Source: Bacilli bacterium
GTDB lineage: Bacteria; Bacillota_I; Bacilli_A; RF39; UBA660
Assembly: GCA_022791775.1 (NCBI GenBank)
Contig: JAAVZT010000003.1
Coordinates: forward strand, 103,107 to 167,106
Reading direction: 5' to 3'
DNA length: 64,000 nt
Shown: one piece after another, positions 30,520 through 40,365 of the stretch
Position numbering within the stretch: position 1 is the stretch's first letter
Layout of the letters: each line of letters begins with the position of its first letter
Made by a program: the position numbers and the translations under genes
The notes under the pieces: model-generated
The model's input: the letters and a program-made list of their open reading frames with translations, nothing else
Database searches by the model: none
Told to the model about the DNA's origin: nothing

Positions 30520-30993
30520 ATGAATATTTATGAAATTTTAAAACAACTAAATGTGAAATATCAGGAAGTAGAACATGATCCAATTTATACTGTAAAAGAA
30601 GGTCAAAAAATAAAGTCTAAAATAGAAGGAATAAGTTGTAAAAATTTATTTCTAACCAATCACAAAGGACTCTACGTTTTAGTGATATTAAAGGATATAA
30701 CGAAGGTAAATATTAATCAAATCGCCAAAAGTATAAATAGTTCGCATCTCTCATTTGCTACGAAAGAGGAATTAATGAATATTTTAGGATTAACAGTTGG
30801 ATGTGTTTCACCATTTGGCATTATAAATGATAAAAAGAAACAAGTCAAAATATTGTTAGAAGATGTTTTATTAGATAAAAAACTATTATTTCATCCCAAC
30901 ATAAATACAAAAACATTAGCGATAACTACCAATGATTTAAAAAAGTTTATTATATGGAATAATCATGAGTATCAACTTATTCATATAAAATAA
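30520..30993 (+). CDS. ybaK: YbaK/ProX-family aminoacyl-tRNA deacylase
   Basis: 157 aa. The domain is YbaK-like, with conserved Gly/Lys context (KNLFLTN...LTVGCVSPFG). Confidence 0.55.
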   Translation: MNIYEILKQLNVKYQEVEHDPIYTVKEGQKIKSKIEGISCKNLFLTNHKGLYVLVILKDITKVNINQIAKSINSSHLSFATKEELMNILGLTVGCVSPFGIINDKKKQVKILLEDVLLDKKLLFHPNINTKTLAITTNDLKKFIIWNNHEYQLIHIK

Positions 30994-31386
30994 AAGTGTA
31001 GTGTTAGCAAAAACTTTTTTTTCTTTCATATTGTGACAGATTGTTTAAAAATTGACTTGATAATAAAACAAATGCTATCAGTTTAATAAGAGTATATCCG
31101 ATTATCTTCTTCTTATATAACTTCTCGTTTTTCCAGCGAACCAAAAAGGCAATTAAATAATTTGGAAATGATAGAACTAACTTATCAAAAAGAAGATTAT
31201 GTAGTGATAGAAGAAAGAAGATTAGCTCAAAATGAGCAATTGGGTAGAAAAGAAGGAAAGGCTATACTTTAAATTTATGATTAGATGAAACAGCAGCAGA
31301 TAATCTGGATGCCATGAATAAAAGTTTTTTTAGTAAGATTAATTAGTGCAAGTTATAGTATAGAGCCCGTTTATGTTTAGCCTGAG

Positions 31387-31448
31387 AAAGATTAGATACA
31401 TGAAAAAAAGACAATGTTTTAAAGCGTTGTCATTTTTATCTAATCTTT
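31387..31448. other. Nested inverted repeat/terminator-like structure in the 500-bp non-coding ybaK-ruvA spacer
   Basis: Outer arms AAAGATTAGATA (31387-98) and TATCTAATCTTT (31437-48). Inner hairpin GACAA-N12-TTGTC followed by ATTTTT. No credible ORF on either strand. Confidence 0.4.
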
Positions 31449-31509
31449 TAAAATTTATTTTACTTTTTTTTAATACGTTTGTATGATAGAATGAAAAAAG
31501 GTGAAAGAT

Positions 31510-32067
31510 ATGTATAATTATATTAAAGGATACGTGAAAATCGGAGAAAATAACTATATTGTAGTAGAAAATAATGGGATTGGATATCAAATCTTTGTAG
31601 GCAACCCCTTTAGTTTTCCAACTGATAAAGAAGTATGCATTTATACTTACTGCCATATTAGTGAAAAAGAGTATTCCTTATATGGTTTCCAAACGTTAGA
31701 AGAGAAAGAACTATTTTTAAAATTAATTAATGTAAAAGGGCTAGGTCCCAAAATGGCTCTTCCAATGTTAGCGACTGGCAGTGTAGCTGGCATAATTGAT
31801 GCAATCGATCGAGAAAATATTCTTTACTTAAAAAAATTTCCTAAAATCGGGGAGAAAGTAGCTCGTCAAATTATTTTAGATTTGAAAGGCAAATTAGCTT
31901 CGCAAGTTAGCGCAGGAATCGTTTCTTCTAATTTTGATGAATTAGTGAGTGTATTAGAAAGCTTAGGATATAAATCGTTAAATATTAAAAAAATTCTTCC
32001 TCAAATGGATGAAAGCCACGATATTGAATTACAAGTAAAGGAAGCCTTAAAATTATTATTAAAATGA
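31510..32067 (+). CDS. ruvA: Holliday junction DNA helicase RuvA
   Basis: MYNYIKGYV...NNGIGYQIFV is the RuvA N-terminal OB domain. The HhH region is LINVKGLGPKMAL...KKFPKIGEKVARQII. ATG 31510 follows the RBS AAAAGGTGA. Confidence 0.85.
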   Translation: MYNYIKGYVKIGENNYIVVENNGIGYQIFVGNPFSFPTDKEVCIYTYCHISEKEYSLYGFQTLEEKELFLKLINVKGLGPKMALPMLATGSVAGIIDAIDRENILYLKKFPKIGEKVARQIILDLKGKLASQVSAGIVSSNFDELVSVLESLGYKSLNIKKILPQMDESHDIELQVKEALKLLLK

Positions 32068-32597
32068 AAATAGGAATTGATATTGATGATACTTTAACCG
32101 AAACCCAAAAAAAATTTCAGCAAGAAATAAAAAAATATTGTCGGCGAAATAAAATAATAAGAGAGAAAGAGACTCAACGGTTAACCGAAGAGCAATTTCA
32201 AAAATTTATGCAAGAGCAAGGAAGGATATATCTAGAGTTAAAACTAAAAAAGAAAGCTCGAAAAGTTTTACAAAAATGGAATCAAAATGGTCATCAAATT
32301 TATTTTGTGACAGCAAGATCAGAACAAGACTGTCCGAAAGTAGAAGAATATACAAAAGATTATTTACAATATTTCAATATCCCATATCAAAAAATTATTT
32401 TTAATGCACAAAACAAAGGAAAAGATTGTAAAAAATTAAATTTAGATGTTTTTATTGATGATCGAGAAAGCGTTTTAGATAGTTTCAATCAATCTAAAAC
32501 ATTTTTAGTCCGCTTTATAAATAACAAAAAAAATTATAGTAAATATACCAAAGTTTGTAGTTGGAAAGAATTAGAAAAAATCATGAAGTTTTTATAG
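32064..32597 (+). CDS. HAD-superfamily hydrolase (5'(3')-deoxyribonucleotidase-like), inserted between ruvA and ruvB
   Basis: [11 protein letters not shown] is HAD motif I (DxDxT/L). 177 aa. It overlaps the ruvA stop. Confidence 0.5.
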   Translation: MKIGIDIDDTLTETQKKFQQEIKKYCRRNKIIREKETQRLTEEQFQKFMQEQGRIYLELKLKKKARKVLQKWNQNGHQIYFVTARSEQDCPKVEEYTKDYLQYFNIPYQKIIFNAQNKGKDCKKLNLDVFIDDRESVLDSFNQSKTFLVRFINNKKNYSKYTKVCSWKELEKIMKFL

Positions 32598-32608
32598 AAA
32601 GGAATTAT

Positions 32609-33616
32609 ATGGAAGAAGAAAACATTTTAACAAGAGAAGAATTAATCGAAGATAAATTAGAAGAAAATATTCGTCCACAGAATTTAGAAGAATATGTAGG
32701 GCAAAAAGATATTACCGATAATTTAAGAGTTTTTATCGAAGCAGCCAAAATGCGAAATGAATCTTTAGATCACGTATTATTATATGGGCCACCTGGTCTT
32801 GGTAAGACGACTCTTGCACATATTATTGCCAATGAATTAGGGGTAAATTTAAAAACTGCTAGTGGACCCTCTTTAGAAAAAAGTGGTGATTTAGCTGCTG
32901 TTTTATCGAATTTAGAACCAGGAGATGTATTATTTATTGATGAAATTCATCGGATGCCAAAATTTATTGAAGAAATTTTATATCCAGCGATGGAAGACTT
33001 TGAATTAGATATTGTAATTAATAATGACGGGCGAAGTCGAAGTATTAAAATTGACTTGCCACCATTTACGCTAGTAGGAGCAACCACTAGAGCAGGAGAT
33101 ATTTCCAGTCCGTTAAGAGATCGATTTGGAATTATTTCAAAATTAAATTATTATTCTACAAGTGAATTATTCCAAATCGTCAAACGAACCAGTCGTGTTC
33201 TAACAATGGATATAACCGATTCTGCCGCGATGGAAATTAGCCAAAGATGTCGTAAAACGCCACGAATTGCCAATCGTCTATTTAAACGCGTACGTGATTT
33301 TGCTTTAGTAAAGAATTCGAACACAATTGATGAAACAACCACTATGGATGCTTTAAATCGTTTGAAAGTAGATCCTTATGGTTTAGATGCAATCGATATC
33401 GAGTATTTAAATTCCTTAATCCATAAATTTAATGGTGGACCCGTAGGAGTGGAAACGATTGCTACTAGTATTGGAGAAGAAGTCTCTACAATAGAAGATG
33501 TAGTGGAACCCTTTTTATTGCAAGAAGGATTTATCAAACGTACTCCACGGGGACGAATGGTTACGAATAAAAGCTATGAGCATTTAAAAATCCCTTACAA
33601 TGAGAGTTTATTTTAA
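32609..33616 (+). CDS. ruvB: Holliday junction DNA helicase RuvB
   Basis: [11 protein letters not shown]...[14 protein letters not shown] (Walker A), DEIHR (Walker B/sensor), and a C-terminal winged helix. ATG 32609 follows the RBS AGAAAGGAA. Confidence 0.9.
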   Translation: MEEENILTREELIEDKLEENIRPQNLEEYVGQKDITDNLRVFIEAAKMRNESLDHVLLYGPPGLGKTTLAHIIANELGVNLKTASGPSLEKSGDLAAVLSNLEPGDVLFIDEIHRMPKFIEEILYPAMEDFELDIVINNDGRSRSIKIDLPPFTLVGATTRAGDISSPLRDRFGIISKLNYYSTSELFQIVKRTSRVLTMDITDSAAMEISQRCRKTPRIANRLFKRVRDFALVKNSNTIDETTTMDALNRLKVDPYGLDAIDIEYLNSLIHKFNGGPVGVETIATSIGEEVSTIEDVVEPFLLQEGFIKRTPRGRMVTNKSYEHLKIPYNESLF

Positions 33617-33618
33617 AA

Positions 33619-33870
33619 ATGGAAGCAGAACAAATATTAAAAAGTCATTTGAATTTGCTACATACTACAAAAATGGGAGCGATTCGAATTCAAAAAAATT
33701 TAAGATTAACCCCCAAAGAAGATGTAGTGACATATTGTAAAAATAAAATACTCGATAAAAAAAGTTTAATCTACCAGCAGGGAAAAAATTGGTATTGTAA
33801 AATAGATCAGGTCATAGTTACAATCCATGCTTCAAGTTATACCATCATAACAGCACATATTGTCAAATGA
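33619..33870 (+). CDS. Small conserved protein, DUF3781-like
   Basis: 83 aa. LHTTKMGAIRIQKNL ... GKNWYCK ... IVTIHASSYTIITAH resembles my recollection of the DUF3781 pattern. Unverified. Confidence 0.4.
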   Translation: MEAEQILKSHLNLLHTTKMGAIRIQKNLRLTPKEDVVTYCKNKILDKKSLIYQQGKNWYCKIDQVIVTIHASSYTIITAHIVK

Positions 33871-33961
33871 CTTTTTTGAAAGATAAAAAGTGAAGGAAAA
33901 GCAATAGACATATATTGTCTTTTTTTTTATAATAGTAACAAGTTAAAAGGAGATGCTTCTT

Positions 33962-35005
33962 ATGAAATTAGAAGATTTTAATTATGAATTGCCAGAAGAA
34001 TTAATTGCGCAAACCCCAAGAAAAAATCGGGATTCATCTAAACTTTTAGTAATGGATCGAGATACAGGAAAGATAACCCATCAGCACTTTAGCGATTTAA
34101 CCAAATTATTAGTTCCCAATGATATTTTAGTCATCAATAATACCAAAGTGATCCCTGCAAGACTAATCGGAGAAAAAGAAGATACTCATGCGACCATTGA
34201 ACTCTTGTTGTTAAAAGATTTAGATGATAATGTTTGGGAATGTTTGTCAAGGCCATTTAAACGTTTAAAAAACAAAACAAGATTGACCTTTGGAAATGGC
34301 AAACTAAAAGCTGAAGTCATTGCCAAAAAAACAGAAGGGATTGTACATGTAAGATTTATATATGAAGGTATATTTTTAGAAATCTTAGATCAACTTGGAA
34401 AGATGCCATTACCACCTTATATTCATCAAGAATTAGCAGAAAAAGATCGATATAATACCGTATATGCTCAAAATATCGGCAGTGCTGCCGCTCCGACAGC
34501 AGGACTACATTTTACTAAAGAATTACTAAGTCAGTTAAAAGACAATCAAATTAAAATTGTAGAAGTAACTCTTCATGTCGGACTTGGGACCTTTCGGCCA
34601 GTGGAAACAGAAGATATATTAAGTCATCATATGCATAGCGAATATTATGAACTAAAAGAAGAAGAGGCCAATATATTAAAGGAAGCAAAGCAAAAAGGAC
34701 ATCGTATTATTGCAGTTGGAACAACATCCACCCGAGTTTTAGAAACCATTTATCAAAAATACCAAACTTTTCAAAGTTGTTCTGGTTACACAGATATTTT
34801 TATTTATCCAGGATATCAATTTCAAGCCATCGATTGCTTAATAACTAATTTTCATCTTCCAAAAAGTACGTTAGTCATGCTCGTAAGTGCATTTTCAAAG
34901 CGGGAATATATTTTAAATGCATACCAAGAAGCCATTCAAAAGGGATATTATTTTTTCTCTTTTGGAGATGCCATGTTTTTAAAAAAAGAACCTAAGTTGC
35001 ATTAA
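33962..35005 (+). CDS. queA: S-adenosylmethionine:tRNA ribosyltransferase-isomerase QueA
   Basis: MKLEDFNYELPEELIAQTPRKNRDSSKLLV is the classic QueA N-terminus. ~347 aa. Confidence 0.9.
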   Translation: MKLEDFNYELPEELIAQTPRKNRDSSKLLVMDRDTGKITHQHFSDLTKLLVPNDILVINNTKVIPARLIGEKEDTHATIELLLLKDLDDNVWECLSRPFKRLKNKTRLTFGNGKLKAEVIAKKTEGIVHVRFIYEGIFLEILDQLGKMPLPPYIHQELAEKDRYNTVYAQNIGSAAAPTAGLHFTKELLSQLKDNQIKIVEVTLHVGLGTFRPVETEDILSHHMHSEYYELKEEEANILKEAKQKGHRIIAVGTTSTRVLETIYQKYQTFQSCSGYTDIFIYPGYQFQAIDCLITNFHLPKSTLVMLVSAFSKREYILNAYQEAIQKGYYFFSFGDAMFLKKEPKLH

Positions 35006-35007
35006 GT

Positions 35008-35973
35008 TCATTTAAATTCTAAATAAATATTTGATTTAAACAGATGCTCTGTAATTTCAATTTGCCCAGAGTCCGCTTCTTTTAATTCTTCATTATCTAC
35101 CAAAAAATATTTATGTTGCAAATAATCTTTTCCGTCTTTACTAACTGGATCATCCCATGTTAAGTCTAAGTGTAACCATTCTTCATCTAAATAAACAGCA
35201 TTCCATACATGCCCTTCTTTTTCTGAATCGTTCTTGTCAGGAGTAGTAGCAATTTTATAATTAGGAAGATTTAATTTAGATAGAAAAATAGCCATAACAT
35301 CCGTATATCCGTTACAAGTTGCATATCCTTCAAACAAAGGTCCATAAGCTAGATAGGATTGATAAGAGGAAGCTCCTTGTTCGTTCCTTGAAATATCATA
35401 TTTGGTATGATTAATAATATAATCATGAAAGGCTTTAATTTGCTCATAATAAGAATCATTTACATCAATTTCATTTGCAATAATTTCCTTTACTTTTTCT
35501 TCAATTTGTTGAATCATTTCTGTTGAATAAAGATATTCTACATGAATAGTGATTTCACCTGCTTCCGATAAGGTCGTTTTAATATTAGAAAAACTGTGAA
35601 ATGGATGAACATAATTGTTAATATGAGTCAGTAAATCTTGATCTTGACTAAATTCTTTCATATCCCGAATGCAATCATGATATTCATTGGGACAATAAAA
35701 AGTAACATCATTCCATCCCTTATTAACAATGGTATAAAAAATATTTTTTAAATCTTTTTTGCTAAGAGGAATAAGAGCAGGAAGACTTTTTACAAAATGA
35801 AAGGAATCCGTTTTTACATAAGACGATTTTTCATTTGTTACTGTGGTTGGTTGTCGTTCAATGAAAGACGTTAAAACTTGACTAATCCCCGAAATTTGAG
35901 TAAACAAAAAAAGCAAGAAAACGGAACATAAAATTGAAACTATATTTTGACGAATCCATTTCAAAAAAACCAA
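35008..35973 (-). CDS. Transglutaminase-like cysteine-protease-fold protein with an N-terminal TM/signal
   Basis: GYATCNGYTDVMAIFL (Cys), EGHVWNAVYL (His) and DLTWDD (Asp) form the transglutaminase-core triad. 321 aa. Confidence 0.7.
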   Translation of the reverse strand: MVFLKWIRQNIVSILCSVFLLFLFTQISGISQVLTSFIERQPTTVTNEKSSYVKTDSFHFVKSLPALIPLSKKDLKNIFYTIVNKGWNDVTFYCPNEYHDCIRDMKEFSQDQDLLTHINNYVHPFHSFSNIKTTLSEAGEITIHVEYLYSTEMIQQIEEKVKEIIANEIDVNDSYYEQIKAFHDYIINHTKYDISRNEQGASSYQSYLAYGPLFEGYATCNGYTDVMAIFLSKLNLPNYKIATTPDKNDSEKEGHVWNAVYLDEEWLHLDLTWDDPVSKDGKDYLQHKYFLVDNEELKEADSGQIEITEHLFKSNIYLEFK

Positions 35974-35996
35974 CTACTTTCTAACATAATTTTATC

Positions 35997-36029
35997 ATTA
36001 AAAAATGAAGTAAGCAAATGTTACTTCAT
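35997..36029 (-). terminator. Rho-independent terminator of rpsT (ATGAAGTAA-N7-TTACTTCAT, with a T-run on the minus strand)
   Basis: A 9-bp perfect stem. The A-run on the + strand at 36000-36004 reads as U-run after the hairpin on the minus strand. Confidence 0.55.
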
Positions 36030-36284
36030 ATCTTTTACTTTTTGAGATAGTCTACTTTTTTGGCGGTTAGCAGTATTTTCCTTCATAAGTCCTTTACTAA
36101 CAGCTTGGTCGACATACTTTTGTGTTTCAGCAAATAATGTTTTTGCCTTTTCTTTATCATTCGTAAGGATTGCTTTATCACAATCTTTAATCAAATTCTT
36201 AACGCGAGCTTTTAATTCATGATTATTTTCTGTTTTTTTGGCAATTACCTTTATCGCTTTTTTTGAACTTTTAATATTAGCCAT
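36021..36284 (-). CDS. rpsT: 30S ribosomal protein S20
   Basis: MANIKSSKKAIKVIAKKTENNHELKARVKN... is the S20 signature. Confidence 0.9.
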   Translation of the reverse strand: MANIKSSKKAIKVIAKKTENNHELKARVKNLIKDCDKAILTNDKEKAKTLFAETQKYVDQAVSKGLMKENTANRQKSRLSQKVKDMK

Positions 36285-36440
36285 AAATATCTCCCTTCTA
36301 GACCTAATTCAAGTATCATTTTAACAAAATTATATAGTGAATGCAACGAAAATATGTCAAAAAGGCGGAAGTTTCTAAAAAAGTATAAAAAATGATTTAT
36401 CGAATTCATATTATTCCATTTTAAAGCCAAAATAAAAAGG

Positions 36441-37187
36441 GTGATAAAAGTGAAACAAACTCTTTTTTTAGAAGTAGCAGAAAAATGTCAAAATAAAAAA
36501 TTACTTCTACAGCAAAAAACAAAGAAAGGAAATCACATTCGTCATTATCATGTTCTAGAAAAGAATAAAAAAGAACTAAAAAGAGATCCTGGAGATTATT
36601 TTAGTATTCAATTTACTAAAGAAATATTAAAAAAAAGTCCCCAATTAATTCAAAAAGAGTTTCATAAAATTATGCAATCTTTTTTGAAAAAATACCATAA
36701 AAACAAAACAGTGTTAGTAGTTGGTCTAGGAAATAGTGATATTTTAGTGGATTCTTTTGGAGCTCGTGTTACCAATAAAATGATTGCTACAAATCAATAT
36801 AATGATTTTTTAACCATCCCTAAAATTGCTTTGTTAAATCCAAATGTAATGGGCAAAACCGGAATCTCCTCATTTAAATTAATTCAATTAGTAGTAAAAG
36901 ATTTAAATCCAGATGTGATTATTATTTTAGATTCACTATCTACGAGCAATGAAACATATTTAAATCAAACGATTGAAATTACCGACACCGGAATCATTCC
37001 AGGAAGTGCCCTGCGAACCAATAAAGAAATTAACAAAAATACGTTTCATATTCCAATTTTAAGTATTGGTGTTCCTTTTATGTATGAACAAAAAGGACAA
37101 TTTTTAGAAAGTATCTATTTAAAACAAGATTTAGAAGATATCTCCTCATTTATCGCAGAAAGTTTGAATCAAATACTAATGTCCTAA
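36441..37187 (+). CDS. gpr: GPR-family (germination protease/HybD-like) endopeptidase, short form
   Basis: VLVVGLGNSDILVDSFGARV matches the GPR/YyaC family core. It sits between rpsT and spoIIP, where gpr lies in B. subtilis. Only ~245 aa, against ~370 for canonical GPR. The start may be the GTG at 36450. Confidence 0.5.
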   Translation: MIKVKQTLFLEVAEKCQNKKLLLQQKTKKGNHIRHYHVLEKNKKELKRDPGDYFSIQFTKEILKKSPQLIQKEFHKIMQSFLKKYHKNKTVLVVGLGNSDILVDSFGARVTNKMIATNQYNDFLTIPKIALLNPNVMGKTGISSFKLIQLVVKDLNPDVIIILDSLSTSNETYLNQTIEITDTGIIPGSALRTNKEINKNTFHIPILSIGVPFMYEQKGQFLESIYLKQDLEDISSFIAESLNQILMS

Positions 37188-37242
37188 TTCGACAGAATAC
37201 TTGATCATAATACCATATAATGAAAGCAAAGAGGGTATGTAT

Positions 37243-38199
37243 ATGGTAAGACGATTTGTGGGAAAAAGAACCAAAAAAAAGACAAGTCACAAAATTGTGC
37301 TGTTTTTTTCCTTGCTTCTTTTTTCTTTTTTTCTGACATTTCACTTTGTAGTTCGAAATATGAAACAAAAAATGACCAGCCAAGAAATAGTTGATTTATT
37401 ATTTCAAAATGGAATGGGTCAAAATAAATTTTTTGATTTTTTAAAAATGAATCCCACTGAATTTTTGTTTTCTTCAGCAATGGGCATACATTTATCGAAA
37501 AGTGAAAGTGTTTTTTCAGAAGAAGAAGAGAGTGGACCTGTATATGAATATGTGCCAGATCCAAGTCCTAATAGTTCTTCCAAAGATCCCATAATTTATA
37601 TTTATAACACACATCAAACAGAAGGATATAGTAAAGAAGGAATTAGTGAGTATGATATTGAGCCCACAGTTTTATTTGCTAGCTACTATTTACGAGAAAA
37701 ACTAAATGATTTAAGTTTACCAACCATAGTAGAAACAACCGAAATAGGAGAAGTTCTCCGAATTCATCAATGGCGATATAGCGAATCATATAACGCCAGT
37801 CGTTACCTAATTAAGGATGCAATCGAAAAACATAAAAATTTAACATATTTTTTAGATATTCATCGCGATAGCATTTCATATGAAGCATCAACTACGGAAT
37901 ATAATGGAAAAAAATATGCCAAAGTTCTATTTGTAATTGGAAAAGAACATAATCAATATGAACGAAATTTAACCTTTGCAAATACCATCAACGAAAAATT
38001 AAAACTTAAAATACCAACTATATCGAGAGGGGTAATCGGAAAAGAAGGAAAAGGCGTCAATGGGATATACAATCAAGATTTAAGTCCCAATTCTCTTCTA
38101 ATTGAAACGGGTGGACAATATAATAATATAGCAGAAGTTACAAATACGATGGAAATAATTGCCCAAGTTTTAAAAGAATATATTGAGGAGAAATCATAA
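37243..38199 (+). CDS. spoIIP: Stage II sporulation protein P (SpoIIP)
   Basis: N-terminal TM. IIYIYNTHQTEGY ... YFLDIHRDS are SpoIIP-family motifs. ATG 37243 follows the RBS AAGAGGG. Confidence 0.75.
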   Translation: MVRRFVGKRTKKKTSHKIVLFFSLLLFSFFLTFHFVVRNMKQKMTSQEIVDLLFQNGMGQNKFFDFLKMNPTEFLFSSAMGIHLSKSESVFSEEEESGPVYEYVPDPSPNSSSKDPIIYIYNTHQTEGYSKEGISEYDIEPTVLFASYYLREKLNDLSLPTIVETTEIGEVLRIHQWRYSESYNASRYLIKDAIEKHKNLTYFLDIHRDSISYEASTTEYNGKKYAKVLFVIGKEHNQYERNLTFANTINEKLKLKIPTISRGVIGKEGKGVNGIYNQDLSPNSLLIETGGQYNNIAEVTNTMEIIAQVLKEYIEEKS

Positions 38200-38528
38200 T
38201 GGAAAAGAAACAAAAACCGAATTGGGGAATGCGAGTGATAATACTTCTATTTATATTATATTTATCATTATCTATTGCCATGGAATCAGGGTATTATGAA
38301 GCAAAATTAAATCAAAAAACAACCTTAACCGAAGAAAGTATTGAACAATTTGAAAAGGATGTGCGAGAAGGAAAAAATGTAGATATTAAAGATTATGTAG
38401 TAGAAAAAAAACGTGATTTTTCAAATGGAGCCACAAAAACAGGTGTTTTTTTATCTTCTTTAGTCGAAGATTTTATGTCAGAAGGGATTACCCAAATGGT
38501 AAATGTGTTAAAGAAATTATTTACCTGA
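38199..38528 (+). CDS. yqxA: YqxA-like small sporulation-associated membrane protein
   Basis: 109 aa with an N-terminal TM. Located between spoIIP and lepA as in B. subtilis. ATGA overlap with spoIIP. Confidence 0.5.
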   Translation: MEKKQKPNWGMRVIILLFILYLSLSIAMESGYYEAKLNQKTTLTEESIEQFEKDVREGKNVDIKDYVVEKKRDFSNGATKTGVFLSSLVEDFMSEGITQMVNVLKKLFT

Positions 38529-38565
38529 TTTTAATTCTTGTGTATAATAGCAACTAGGTGAAAAT

Positions 38566-40365
38566 ATGATCAAACAAGAAAATATCCGTAATTTTTCTAT
38601 TATTGCCCATATCGATCATGGAAAAAGTACATTAGCAGATCGGATTTTGGAAATAACAGGAAATGTTAATCAACATGAAATGAAAGATCAACTTTTAGAT
38701 AGTATGGATTTAGAACGGGAGCGGGGAATAACAATTAAATTAAACGCAGTAGCTTTAACTTATCAAAAGGGAGCTGAAGAATATCTTTTAAATTTAATTG
38801 ATACCCCAGGTCACGTCGACTTTTCTTATGAGGTAAGTCGCTCACTAGCTGCTTGTGAAGGAGCCATTTTAGTGGTCGATGCTGCCCAAGGAATTGAAGC
38901 TCAGACGCTTGCTAATCTTTATTTAGCTTTAGAGCAAGATTTAAAAATAATTCCAGTCATCAATAAAATTGACTTACCCAATGCAAATATTCCAAAAGTA
39001 AAAGAAGAATTAAAAACCGTCTTAGGATTTAAAGAAGAAGAGATATTATTGTGTAGTGGAAAGACTGGTTTAGGCGTAAAAGAATTAATTGATGAAATAA
39101 TTAACCGAATTCCAGCTCCAAAAATTAACAACAATTTACCAACCCGAGCTTTAGTATTTGACTCTTATTTTGATCCATATAAAGGAGTAGTCGCACTCGC
39201 AAAAGTATTTGAAGGCTCCCTAAAAGTAGGCGATGAAATTAAATTTATGGCAACTGACCATGAATATGACATTACCGAATTAGGAGTGCATACGCCAAAG
39301 GCAGAAAAATGGGAAGAATTAAGAAGCGGAGAGGTTGGTTATTTGTGCGCAAGTGTAAAAGAAATTAGTTCCGTTCAAGTAGGAGATACGATCACGACGA
39401 AAAAAAATCCTGCCACAAATCCCATTGTAGGTTATAAGCCTATGAAGCCCATGGTATACTCCGGAATATTTCCTGTTGAACCCAATAAATATGATGCCTT
39501 AAAAGAAGCTTTCTTAAAATTAAAACTAAATGATGCCGCCTTAAGCTATGAACCAGAAACAAGCGATGCATTAGGATTTGGCTTTCGAGTGGGTTTTTTA
39601 GGTTTATTACATATGGATATTATTATGGAGAGAATTGAACGAGAATTTGATTTAGAAATCATCGCTACCAGTCCAAGTGTAATCTATGAAATTACGTTAA
39701 CCAATCAAGAAGAAATAACGATTGATAGTCCTAATAAAATGCCAGATAGTGTTAAAATCAAAGAAATACGCGAGCCTTACATTTATACAAATATCATAGT
39801 TCCGAAAGATTATATCGGTGCCATTATGGAACTATGTCAAAACAAAAGAGGAATTTATAAATCTTTAGAATATATTGATGAAAGCCGTGTCAACATTCAC
39901 TATGAAGTGCCACTTTCCGAAATCGTTTATGATTTCTTCGACAAGTTAAAAAGTTTTACCAAGGGATATGCATCCTTTGACTACGAAATCGTAGGGTATC
40001 GACCAAGTAAACTAGTAAAAATGGACATTTTATTAAATGGAACAATCGTCGACGCTTTATCTGTAATTGTCCATAAAGATTTTGCTTATGCAAGAGGAAG
40101 AACAATCGTGAACAAACTAAAAGAAATCATTCCCCGACAATTATTTCAAGTTCCAATTCAAGCAAGCATTGGCTCTAAAGTAATTGCAAGAGAAAATATT
40201 AGTGCGATGAAAAAAAATGTTCTAGCTAAATGTTATGGTGGAGATATTACACGAAAAAGAAAACTCTTAGAAAAGCAAAAAGAGGGAAAGAAGCGGATGA
40301 AAATGGTCGGGAATGTAGAAGTTCCGAAAGAAGCATTCTTAGAAGTCTTAAGTGAGGAAAAATAA
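38566..40365 (+). CDS. lepA: Elongation factor 4 (LepA)
   Basis: [20 protein letters not shown] (G1), [14 protein letters not shown], plus the LepA C-terminal domain. 599 aa. Confidence 0.95.
   Translation: MIKQENIRNFSIIAHIDHGKSTLADRILEITGNVNQHEMKDQLLDSMDLERERGITIKLNAVALTYQKGAEEYLLNLIDTPGHVDFSYEVSRSLAACEGAILVVDAAQGIEAQTLANLYLALEQDLKIIPVINKIDLPNANIPKVKEELKTVLGFKEEEILLCSGKTGLGVKELIDEIINRIPAPKINNNLPTRALVFDSYFDPYKGVVALAKVFEGSLKVGDEIKFMATDHEYDITELGVHTPKAEKWEELRSGEVGYLCASVKEISSVQVGDTITTKKNPATNPIVGYKPMKPMVYSGIFPVEPNKYDALKEAFLKLKLNDAALSYEPETSDALGFGFRVGFLGLLHMDIIMERIEREFDLEIIATSPSVIYEITLTNQEEITIDSPNKMPDSVKIKEIREPYIYTNIIVPKDYIGAIMELCQNKRGIYKSLEYIDESRVNIHYEVPLSEIVYDFFDKLKSFTKGYASFDYEIVGYRPSKLVKMDILLNGTIVDALSVIVHKDFAYARGRTIVNKLKEIIPRQLFQVPIQASIGSKVIARENISAMKKNVLAKCYGGDITRKRKLLEKQKEGKKRMKMVGNVEVPKEAFLEVLSEEK

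Noticed and set aside
31339-31656. 105-aa minus-strand ORF upstream of and overlapping ruvA
   Set aside because: It overlaps the ruvA start and its RBS, has no RBS of its own, and its translation is low-complexity.
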